Of a stretch of 64,000 nt of DNA, positions 24,764 through 36,300 are shown in pieces. The notes under the pieces were generated by a model. The model was not told the DNA's origin and made no database searches. It worked only from the letters and a program-made list of their open reading frames with translations. The stretch is from Styela clava (taxonomy: Eukaryota): assembly GCF_964204865.1 (NCBI RefSeq), contig NC_135260.1, positions 10,044,001-10,108,000 of the forward strand, written 5' to 3'. Position 1 is the first letter of the stretch; the number at the start of each line of letters is the position of its first letter. The translations under genes were made by a program, and so were the position numbers.

Positions 24764-26439
24764 ATGAAGACTGCATTTGGGGTACATTGTTGTTTGAAGT
24801 TCAGATTTTGTTTTTATATAAATATGAATGATCATACTTCTAAATTCTTTGATTTTTTTTTTATAAATTCTACGTACAAAATTTGCGAGTTTGTTTAGCT
24901 AGAGTTCCCTGAGGCTCGATTTTCACCCCAAATTTTCTTCGATTTTTATTATAATTCACGGCACATATGTATATGATGTTTATTATAATTCTTTTAACAA
25001 TTGTTTGAAATATGGATGATTCAGCGTTGATATATTGTTTTAACATCAGGTTGTTCTTCTTCTTGTATTCATGCTGACGTTGTCGTATGCGGAGTCGAAA
25101 AAAATAAAGCACAAGTTGAGTACACGAGCGTAAGTGGCTAACTTTAAATCAATTATAAATGCATGTTATATATATTATTTATTTGAAAGATTTGTCGTAT
25201 TAATAATATTACTTCAATTTTGTATAGATCAGTTTTATATAACTAAGTAAACAATTAAATTATAAATTATACGATTGTGTTAATGTTTAATTCGATTTGT
25301 GTTTTTCGATTACTTGAGTAAACCGTTTGGGCGCAAGAATGTGTAGACATAATGCTAGCTAGAGGGATCGTAGAAAATATCTTGTCGAAAGTTTTTAGAT
25401 GTGCTATTCCTAAATTTATAAATAAAAAAGTGTAAAAAAAAAGTGTATTAAATAAGATTTAGCCAATATTGAAGATGTAGCATTTCTATGAAAGCGTTTC
25501 AAAATTATTCGAGTTATATACGAGAACCAATAGATATTTTAAAAACACTTTCAATATGGGCCACTAATTAAAAGAAAAAAAAAACAATTTTATGCAATTT
25601 AACTTGTGACCAAGTTAATATGAAACCGTAACCGCTTACTTTTATTTCAGATTTCTTAACCTTTACCCCAATAGCTGTACAAATACGACATTGCAAAAAG
25701 CAAGAGGATTTGCCGACTACGATCTTTTGCTGTAAATATATTTTTTATTTAACTTCGTCATATATATATTGATTTTTTTCATTCCCCCAATACTTAAAAT
25801 TAGTCGAATAATACCCCAATCAATTTCATCTACTCCAGATTCCACTGTAAAGATTTTGAGCCTGATAACTTCACTGCGGTTTTTACATCGAAAAATGAAG
25901 GATGCGGAGACACATGCACTCGTCCAGTGGACGGTAGTGCCTTGAATTTGACTAAATACAAGGTCCAACCAATTATTGCGATTCAGAAAATCAACAGTAA
26001 CTACACTGACTTTCGTGTCAAAGTAACCAAGGGATGCACTTGCGTGAAAAAGTTCGCCACATCGAAAACTCAGACAGAAAAAGAGGTTAAATTTCTGGGT
26101 GCTTCAGCCATTTTGTAAGTTTGTTTTACCATATTTTAAATAAACCCATAACTGTTGATTTTCAATCGAAAATTTCAAATAAATTAGGCATCGAGAATAT
26201 CGTTCAAAATAATTAACTAGTGGAACTGAAAAATGATTGACTATTGGGGTTGAATAATCTCGCTATAAGCCTCTTATACAACACTCTATTCCACTCTTTC
26301 ACTCCACTTTCATCTTCCAAAATAAATACCTATTTTTACCCAATTTTACACAAAAAATATATTTCTGTATTGTATTTCCAGGTCTAAAACGAGAAGAGGC
26401 AAAAAATCTCGACGCAACATGGGGAAGGGTAAAAACTAA
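24764..26439 (+). CDS. Divergent IL-17-like (cystine-knot) secreted cytokine, 5 exons, 170 aa
   Basis: Exons 24764-24781, 25050-25129, 25651-25731, 25839-26114 and 26382-26439 total 513 nt with phases 0,2,2,2. Protein: MKTAFGVVLLLVFMLTLSYA-ESKKIKHKLSTRAFLNLYPNSCTNTTLQKARGFADYDLLLFHCKDFEPDNFTAVFTSKNEGCGDTCTRPVDGSALNLTKYKVQPIIAIQKINSNYTDFRVKVTKGCTCVKKFATSKTQTEKEVKFLGASAILSKTRRGKKSRRNMGKGKN. It has a signal peptide and the IL-17 VxxGCTCV motif. Confidence 0.75.
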
Positions 26440-28355
26440 ATGGGATAAAAAATAACAAACAACTATAATGGCCCATATTCAATTTTGAATTACTAAATTA
26501 AACATGAATTTATTGATATAACAAACTCTTTAAAATCAATTTTATTAGAAAAATCTAGGAAAGCAATATCTTTTACCAAGTTTGATCATTGTATGAAGAA
26601 TTTTAATGAGCTCGATTTATATGCTGTCTACGCTTGATGAAAACTTTGCCAAATTTATTTCACTTAATATTAAATTATTATATATATATATTACTAGTAG
26701 TTGTATAACACCTACACGACTAAAATTACTGGTCAAAAACATGCGCTTCCGAGATATTTCAACGTTACTTCGGAATGACGGAATGACATTTCAAGCAAAC
26801 AGACTTCAATATGCATTTAGGATTCGTATATGGCACAAATAAATTTTAATATCGTTGATTTTTTTTTCATTTCCGTTTTAATAAATGTACGTATATGTAT
26901 GGTCTATTTTCGTTGTTTATTCATCGTACCTTCAATTATGGAAGTGTTAGTCTGTATAGTATACTTCAAAAAGAGCTCAGTGATACTACGAAATCAGTTC
27001 AAATTGCACTCAAAGTTAGGTTGTTTGCACTCATTCAGATATGAAGCGACAGGAAATTGTGCAAAGCAACATAGGAATTGAATATTGCATTTGTATTATT
27101 GTTTTGCGTTAGATTGCTATATATACTACCTTGCCAACCACCTCACACAGGGTGTAATAAATAAAGGCAATTAAGAGTGAAACAGAAGCAGACTACTACC
27201 ACCTGGCCAGTATTCGATCTATTGAATTACAGGGCATCCTTTTGGATAAAGTTGGGAATGATGTCATAACTGAAATCACGCGGAAATTACATTTATTTCA
27301 CACATTTTTCAACAGTATATGAATTATGTAAAGGTGTATTACGATGCTTTTATCCGGGCATTGTGTTCAAACCAGTGCGTGTAATATTTCGACACGTCTT
27401 CGTTCCGACACTGTCAGTGTGTATCCCACCATTCACAGGCCTTTATTTGTTATTGTGACGACTTGCCAAAATATTATACGTTGGTCCGATTCATTCTAGT
27501 CGTTAATTTCAATGCTCGTTCGACCATAGAATTTTTATTGTCACTGTATACTGCTCATATCAAAGAAAAGATACATCCATAAGAAAACATTTAGGAAGCA
27601 GTTCTTAACCTCGTCAATTTGTCTGAAATGCGCTATTCTTAAGCAGCTCAGAGGTCATTTCCATATATCAGTTTGTCATCATTTGTATACGATATAGAAT
27701 TTTGATTATATATCAGACGTTATAATCAATCGCTTGTCGAAATCGCGAGCCTTGATAGTATAGTCAGAGTTAGTAAGAATTCTACTGAATATGGTAACGT
27801 ATTTCATATTTTTGAAAAGAAAGTTGATGTGATTTCAAAATTACTAGGTATGATTACCGATAGGTTATGGTGGTTCCTGTTGTTTAGCTAAAGTGGGTTG
27901 CAACAGTACAATTGAGTCGATTTCCTGCTTATTTGGCAGAATTTAGCGCAGCATGAGTACGGCAGTATGCATTTTAGGATAAACAATACAAATTTTGTAA
28001 CTGATAGTTTGACTACATCAAAACTGATTTTATTTTATACTATAGTTATATTTTGGGCTAAGCAGTTACAAATTTTCAGCTTATAAAATCAGATTTGCTA
28101 AACCTGATTTCTAGTTGATGTGCATAATGTTGTAGCACGGTATAGTTAAGCCAGCAGTCTGTAATGTGTAGGTTTTAGTTTTATTCATCAGTATTCGTCG
28201 AGAACCCATTATATTAGGTGTATATAATGGTAGTAAAAAAGTTACTGGAAAGCAAGTACATACACGGATTTTGTATATTTCTCGAGAATTTTAAAAAGAG
28301 TATTTGCAACCATTGAATTAACTTAAAGTTGCAATTTTCATATATTTGAAATGAA

Positions 28356-28465
28356 GGTACTCGTGAAGTATGCGCACCAAGATGTCGCATAACCTGAACC
28401 CTAACCGGGTACACAACCTGAGTTCAGGTAGTGCGCCATCTTGGTGCACATACTTCAGGAGGTCC
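28356..28465. mobile_element. GG-terminal MITE, short form, perfect 8-bp TSD GAAATGAA
   Basis: 110-bp near-palindrome of the same family as 16175-16283; ends 113 bp upstream of the 28578 ATG. Confidence 0.88.
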
Positions 28466-28577
28466 GAAATGAATGCGTCTAATATGAACAGAATTGTAAC
28501 GTTTTTCTACGATATATTCCAAACTGGTATTTAGTCTAAACAGTGTTAGGATTTGATATAACTATCCAAATAACAGA

Positions 28578-31500
28578 ATGCAGATATTGCTATTGGTTTT
28601 CGTTGTTAGTTTATCGTGCTTGGCGTCAATATCAGAGGCTTCTCGTGGACTGTCTCTTCCTCACGGAATGGAACAAGGTATTTAAATTTTTATATTTTTT
28701 TAAAACAACAGTTTGTCCAAATATATTAAAATGCCATATTTGATTAAATAGTAATAGAAATTTAGAGTGGAATTTCAACTTGACTGTGCAGTGTAAATTT
28801 AAGTGTCTGATACCCTCCAAGATAAAATGGAACTCCCAGATAACGTTTATTACGTTGAAAACCGAATAATAATTAATTGACATATACTTTGATGTAAAAT
28901 TGTTAATTTAGCATAATCTACATAGGCATGAAAAGTATTCTGACAAAAAAAGTTGTAGGTATATGATAACTATTTTTGTACTATACTATTAAACCGCGCG
29001 GTGGGACACAAGAGCAAAATCACAGTGAAATCGAAATACCTAACATATTGGCAATGTTTTCCATTAGTATATTAGATTAAACTAAAGCCAAATCTATTTT
29101 CAAATTTTCAGAGGACTACTGTAAAGGATGCATTGAAACTGTTTCAGGTTATTATTTTTCTTGCTATGTACTTCAGTCGAATAGACAGACCTGAATGTTT
29201 TGATGAAGAGCTTTGCAACGAAAGCGATGCTCAAATATATGGACATGAAGGCCATGGCTGAATTAACTATTGGGGGCAAAATAAGCACGTTCGAAACTTA
29301 AAACATTCATCGACTGACGCATTTTAACAGTATTGGCCTTACGGTGAAATGCTATTCAAACGTTTAACGACTAACGTTTTTTAACAAGACGAAGAAGAAC
29401 AACAACATAATAACAAAACGATCCATATCTGAACTTCGTGTCCACTTATGCAAATCAATATTGTGCCAAATAAATATCACGTCTCATTTTGACCTCTGCC
29501 CTGAGCCACAGTTGCGTACAGATGTATTGTGTAATTAAGAAACATTTATTGCCATACCATTAATGTAATTTATTCAATCAACTTCAGCAATAGTCAAAAA
29601 ACAAAAGAATGGAATGAGTACGAAAAAAATTGTCAAAGGAATGGAAAAAATGTGTAATTCGATGAAGGAAGGAAACAACAAAACATCTTGCTTGCAGTTA
29701 GTTGGTGAGATTCTACAATAAATACTCGATCTTCATATGAAATCTACTCAAATAAATGAAAATAAAAAAAGTCACTCTGTGCATTCTTTCGTCGTAAATA
29801 TTATTATGTCAATAATAACTATAGATAAGGAACACTAATTGTAACAATTTATTTGTGAAACTATAGCAGAGAATGCGAAACTACTTACACTTGTGCGAAG
29901 ACTATAAATTGTCTGAATATAATTATAAAAATAAGTGATAGAATTATCCATCCATTTTCAAAGATACATAAATCTTCAAGATTATCTAAGAAAAATAGAT
30001 CCGCCTAGATATACGTTTTACAAAAAAGTTCAATTACTCATAAATTACAAATTTTCTTGTATCTATCGTAAGCTATACCTATTCTCAATAACTATATATA
30101 ATTCATTCAAACTGTATAGTGTATATTATAGTTTTAAATTGCACAAATAACAGACCATCACATCGACGATCTTGAGAGTGTCCTGGAACATCCAGAGAAA
30201 TCCAAGAAGTTGATTTCACATTTTTGCTTTGAACATTCATTTGCATGTACTGGGCTGAGAACTTATTCTTCCCAGGTAAGTCAGATAACGGGACATGGTG
30301 TTAGTTAAACTAAGTAGTCATTGTGTCAGTTGAATCAGGTCGCTACAAATTTGACGGGGAGTGTACACGTGGACTATTCTGCTGGATTGCCGAAGTGTTA
30401 ATTTTCGCATTTCTATCTAACCAAATTTTGTGAAGGTATTAGTCGCCAGAAGGCCAGACATTTCATTCAAAATTTTGCTGTTTTAAATTAATTCACAGGG
30501 CACTCCGTGTGCGTTGCTATCTTATAATAAACATCACCTGTAGACCTATATGGTATGCCTATTATTTTGCATTTGCAATCCGGTAGCTCGATACTAATGT
30601 TATTATTCGGTTACTATATATATATTCTAGTTTCTCTCCCTAATAAATCGTTAAGAATTGATTAAAATTATCCTGTAAACGTGTATGATATATAAAGAAA
30701 AATTAATTCAGAATAAGAGAGCAATGCCCAAATAGATGGATACGAAGACCAAAACGTAGTAGTATCAAATCTATTACAGTACCCGTAGTCTGACAGTAAC
30801 TAGATCACTGAGATGTGATCACGGAACCACGGCACGGTGCGCAAATTTTGATGACGTCATCGTACAAAACTTCAAAGTGAAATACGAATCCCATATAGAG
30901 CACATATTTTTTTGAAATATTTAAAAGTAATAGCCTTCAAGCGACAACAACAAGTTTTAAACACTGAGAATGTAAAAATAATTGGTCCAGCAGTTTAACG
31001 AAAATTAACAAACAATCCATAGGTTCATTTCGTGTCCACGTGTCCAACAAAGCGTTCAATTTTCGTATTCCGACCAATTGGAGACACGCACTCAAATATG
31101 TACTAAATTGGTTTTAATTCATTCTAATCGCCATTTTCGCTTTTGAAACATACCTAAACAACATAGTATAAACTTATTAGATCATGATGTTAAAACACAC
31201 ATATTAATTTACAATTTTATTGTAAATTTATTTACAATTTTAAATAAAAAATGCTTTAACTGCCCATATAACTTGATACATGACATCGAGTATAGGTAAG
31301 ACAATAGGAATGTAAATAAGAATTTTATATCAACAATTGAGAAGAACGTTTGAGAATTGAGCAGAATTATTACTATATCGTCACGCTAATAACCGAATTG
31401 CGTAAGTCACGATTTTGAGTTTTTTATAAAATAGGTATTTATGTAATGCTGCGCACCTGTCTGTTAACTCAGATTTTATTTTAAGAATTCTGAAACCCAT

Positions 31501-33268
31501 AAAAATGGAGATTTAGCATGACATGCACATTTGTGCAATTGTTTCGTCATAATGAATTATCATTGTTATCGCAGGACTATTGTGACGTCACAAAGGTAAA
31601 ATAACCTCGGCGAAGTATTTTCGAGTTTTTTCATCTTGGATTCTAGCTTAGCGCGTATTAATTTGAATTTATACTACAGTATAGGAAGACGTGCACTTGT
31701 GATATTCACTGTCTGAGTCCAATTCACCTTGGTTGGCTTTTATATTAGGTGCATTGCTGTTTTATTCTTTATATTTAATCTTAGTCTTATTTCGGAGGGT
31801 GTGCAGAACGTGTTATATTGATGAAATATATATTTTTACACATAAAAAATAATGTAATTGAAACTGATTAGCTAGCTATTTTGGAGATTACACATTGTAG
31901 ATACTGAGAATTACATTCGTTTTTGGAATGTTTAGTTTCCAGGACTGGTTCATATAGTGAGGTTGACAAATTGCGTATGTCCCCAAGTCATAGACACATT
32001 TCTGCCTAAGTCACAGTGCGCCATTATGACGTCACCTAACTGCGTCATACAAATCAACTTAAATCCGGCCACGATAAAAAATTTCCACCATGGCAAATTA
32101 TTGACTCTCAATGGCATATCAATATCATTAGGAAGTTTTTTACGTTATTCTCAAAACTGCTAAAAATGACTTACGCAATTCGGTTATTAGCGTGACGATA
32201 TTTTATATACGGTATCATACAGCCGGTGTTTCCTTCTTTCACGAAGAAGTACATCAATGGCATAAATAAATTGAACATACATTGTTAAAAGTTTACACAT
32301 GCATGTATAGGAAGGTATTTTTTGATGTTTCGACATTACCGTTCTAGTGAGATAATTGCTACGTGGAAGAATTCAAAAATGGTTTAATAAAACGATCATA
32401 TTGTTAATAATTTTGAGGGCCCGTGAATTTATCCATTCTACAAATGAATAAATTAGCGGTTTCGGATATGGAGATAAGTTTGCAACAATTATAAAAACTA
32501 GTTAAGAACATGGACACTCATCTTCAATGAAAAAGTAGTGCCTAGTCATAGTCCCATGCTGTACTTTGCACAGGATGAAATTTAAACTTAGTATCTGGAT
32601 AGATTTGACTTTAATGTATTATTTGATACTTTCAAGTAACACGATTAATAGGGATCACTTGCTCGAAAGCAAACGAATGAAACTGACTAATTCTCAATGA
32701 AATGTTTTCAAGATTTATCTAATCAAATTAACGATGTTTTTTTTTGTAATGGGAATAAAAAAAATGATTAGGTATCATGATTCTTCCGCATTGGTTGTGA
32801 TATCAATTTATGTTTCGGCATTCCAATTTACTGTCACGTATGCAAAATTGACATTCAATAGCCCAATTACGAGACTACTGACGAACCGGTAGTCAGCTGA
32901 TATATGCATAAGCTGTCGCAGTTGGGTGATTTTTGAAAAGTGATTTTTAGGGATCAAAATAGTGGCAATTGTGAAAATATCTGGATTTGGGACATTGGGT
33001 AATCTGCAAAAACGCAGTTCGGTCCTCTGTTTTCAGTGTGTACGTCAAGTTTTTATAGCGAACTTATATAAATATATAAAATCGTGCAAATATTCAATAT
33101 TTGAGATAGCATCTAGAATAAAAAAGATAAGAATGAATTTTCAGAATAAATGTTTCAAAATTTCAGATCAAACACGAGAAGAGCGAGGAAGAGCTTGAAA
33201 AGATTTTGGCAGATATGGAACCGATGAAACGGGTTCCAAATCCAGTTCGGAAGACAGATGAACTGTGA
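28578..33268 (+). CDS. Uncharacterised 107-aa signal-peptide protein with C-terminal TDEL (putative ER-luminal), 3 exons
   Basis: Exons 28578-28677, 30154-30275 and 33167-33268 total 324 nt, GT-AG, phases 1,0. Protein: MQILLLVFVVSLSCLASISEA-SRGLSLPHGMEQDHHIDDLESVLEHPEKSKKLISHFCFEHSFACTGLRTYSSQIKHEKSEEELEKILADMEPMKRVPNPVRKTDEL. Confidence 0.7.
30737..31038. mobile_element. TGGACACGAA-family MITE
   Basis: Runs TGGATACGAA...TTCGTGTCCA with internal similarity to 6683-6866. Confidence 0.6.
31378..32198. mobile_element. TA-flanked non-autonomous DNA transposon with perfect 32-bp TIRs
   Basis: TA|TCGTCACGCTAATAACCGAATTGCGTAAGTCA ... TGACTTACGCAATTCGGTTATTAGCGTGACGA|TA. Confidence 0.85.
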
Positions 33269-33370
33269 CGTAACCATGTTCATTCATTCACAATCGATCG
33301 AATTTTCCGTTCTTCTGTCCACTTCTGTTTGCTTCTTTTTATATACCTTTTCTAGTTTCGAAAATAATAA

Positions 33371-36300
33371 TCACCGACGTTCACATGTTTCCCCACAAAT
33401 TATGTTTATTATTCTATCTTTAAATTTTGATTCTCCTATTGTTTGAGCTCCACCTGGTATTTCAATGAGCTGAAAAATAATAATAAAAAAACATTCGTGA
33501 AACGATTTTTCAGATCTACTTGATTAAAAATTATTTGATATCTCTTTGTAAAGTATTCAACAGTTTTATGAATATACATATTTACTGTTTTATATATTTT
33601 CAAGAAGGAACCTATTTTTGCGACTAAGATTCATATTTGGGTAGTAATATGTGGCAGAGATACAGCATAGTTTGAAAGCTGTATCGACTACAAGATGAAC
33701 GAACAATTTCCCTTGTCAAAAAATCACAGCCATTACTACCGAGTTAATAATCTAATAATGCATTTTACCTCATTTTGGAGGAAGCATTGCCCTTGCGGCA
33801 ATATCAAATTATTTTGAATGGAGATTGAGATGAGAGATAGAAAATTTAGCTCTATCTGGCACTGAACTGGCTAAACTACTTGGATGTGATGATGTAGGCA
33901 TAAACCTATGCAACGTTTAACCGCAATAACCGGTATGTCAGGATAATTTCCTCGCTTTTACCGCTACAAGATTTATTACTCATATTTCAAATAGAGAAAC
34001 AGTCAGGATTTGAACGAGTTTCCAAATTAACAGTACTGATTGGATGAAAACTTGAAAATTGTATTAATTCAGTTCTATCAATTTGTACTAAGAAAGGCGG
34101 ATGACTGTTACGCAAACGTTGTTAGAAAAACAATACACATTAATTAAAAGGCGATTAGAAATTAGTCATTATAGTGACCAGTGGTATCAAAACCGTAAAT
34201 GGAGAACAATTCATCATCGGTCACCGAAAACTATATTTTTCAGATGTTTGGAAGACGATGAAGCGGCTTAAATATTTTCAATAAATTTGAATATTTCAAA
34301 TATTCTGACGATTATGGGATAGTTGCGTAACGCGTTTGAAAAAGTATTTTAGCTTTAGAAACCATGCAATCTCAGTATTGTAGTTAGTACTCAGTAACAG
34401 GGGATCGAAAAAAAAGCAAATATTTCAGGAATAGCCACGGTAATTGAATGGGGGTTTCTCTCATTCTGGTAATAGTTCATTTAAACATAAAATTGCTTTT
34501 TGGTACAAATTCAAATATGAAATTAGAGATGTATAAATATTCCACCTCTCAAGTGAATAAAACACGTGATCAATAAAAACTGACGACAGGGTCAATTTTT
34601 TAACATCAGATTAGGAATTCCAACAAAAAATTTGTTTATTTTTGTTATGCAAGTAATTCTTCCAGGACAAAAGATTCATTTTGAATATTTTCGGGTTAAA
34701 TATTCCATTCTGTTATTAGGTGAGATAGGTTATACGCGTAAAATTTCAAACACTTGTATAACGTCAAGAGATCGAAATCAAAATATCTCACCCGTTTTTT
34801 GAATCCAGCAGTTCCTCGTAACTGCTTCATATCAACATATGAACCGACACCAACTGTTACTACCTGCAAGGAACATCAAAACAAAATTGACGCTATCTTG
34901 AAAGTTTTTAGCATGAGTATAGTTAACAGCATACCAATGAAAAAAGTTAATGTGTCGTAAACAAGTAGGAGATTGATTCTGCGTTTGTAGCAACGCGCCT
35001 AATATTTAATCCCACGCACTTAATTTGCCTCTATTAGAGGTTAAACCCAATTTAAGTAAATTAATTTTTCGGTTTGGAAATTCTAATGAAGAACACTGTA
35101 GAAACAGAACTCATCTTTCTCGTTGTTGTACAAAGATTTTTGTTACGGGAGAGTTTGGGATTATCTTTTGTAAGCTGTTGTTTTCCCACATTGGTCATGA
35201 TAATTGTGGAAATGTTTAGTTGAAACTAAGTTCATCAGGTGCGCCCTTGAGTTGCGAAGTACATTTCGAGTTTCGATCAAAGCAACGTGACTACGATAAT
35301 TTATTAATTGCAATTATGTGAAGTCATTCGGAAGAGAGGCAGGCACGATCGTGAGTAGAGCCATGTGCACCACTGAAGCGACGAGTGTATTTATTTAATG
35401 ACAATAACAAATCGAAAGTCATAAATATTGACATTTCGAGTATTTGACAAGTAGAAGTGACCAAAAAAGCTTTGATCTAACGTTGAAAACATTGCTATTT
35501 CTTAGTTTCTAGGAAAGCTGTATAAACCTTCTTCTAACATAATAGACAGTACGAAGCAGAAGATAACTATAATTTATTCGTGGCTTTAAATTTACATATA
35601 ATATATATACTAACTCCTAAATCATCATTTATAATTCACGCAATGACTTCACAATAATATTCTGTGTGACCTATTTCTACCTAAGATTTGAAAAGTTTCT
35701 AGAAATGGCACTGGTGCACCGTGCATATGGGTTGCAAAAATGGGATTCGACAGACATGAATATAATAACTTTGATCGCTATTTACAATTTACATACATAA
35801 AATTGCCGTAAAATAAATTGGTGCATTTTATTATTCACTGAAATATTTTGGATAATATTTGTAAACTAACTTACATCTATACCATTGTCTCTTAACAGTT
35901 TAGCTGTTGTTTTTGGATCAAGTTTTTCTTTTAAAGGTGCTCCTGTCGTTAACATAACTAAAATATCTCTATACCTTCTTCTGTTTCCGTTACTTTTTAA
36001 AAATGAAACCCGATTCACGTGATCGAGAAGTTGTCCAATCCTCGTACCTGAAATGAGGACAAAAGATATTTTGAGCAACCCTCGCATTTTCCCTTCACTA
36101 CTTGATTTTGTTAAGTTAAAACTAGAAGAATACTATAAAACAGTGGTTCTCAAACTTTTTTCAAGCCGCGCCCTCTTTTTAGAATTTGTCAAGTCTCGTA
36201 TTCCACCTCAAAAATAACTAGCTAACAATAGGCTACAAATAACAGATAGTGAAGCGAAAGTATGTTTTATTCAAAAAACACGTTGAAAATATGTAGATGG

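Noticed and set aside
30255-30270. Selenoprotein M/F-like CxxU in the TDEL protein
   Set aside because: The TGA is out of frame with the Cys codon (TGT ACT GGG CTG AGA), and no thioredoxin-fold exons were found.
33780-33905. Alternative last exon for the vWA gene at the AG near 33906
   Set aside because: It stops after 9 codons in the required phase, whereas 33469-33371 completes the vWA domain with its closing Cys.
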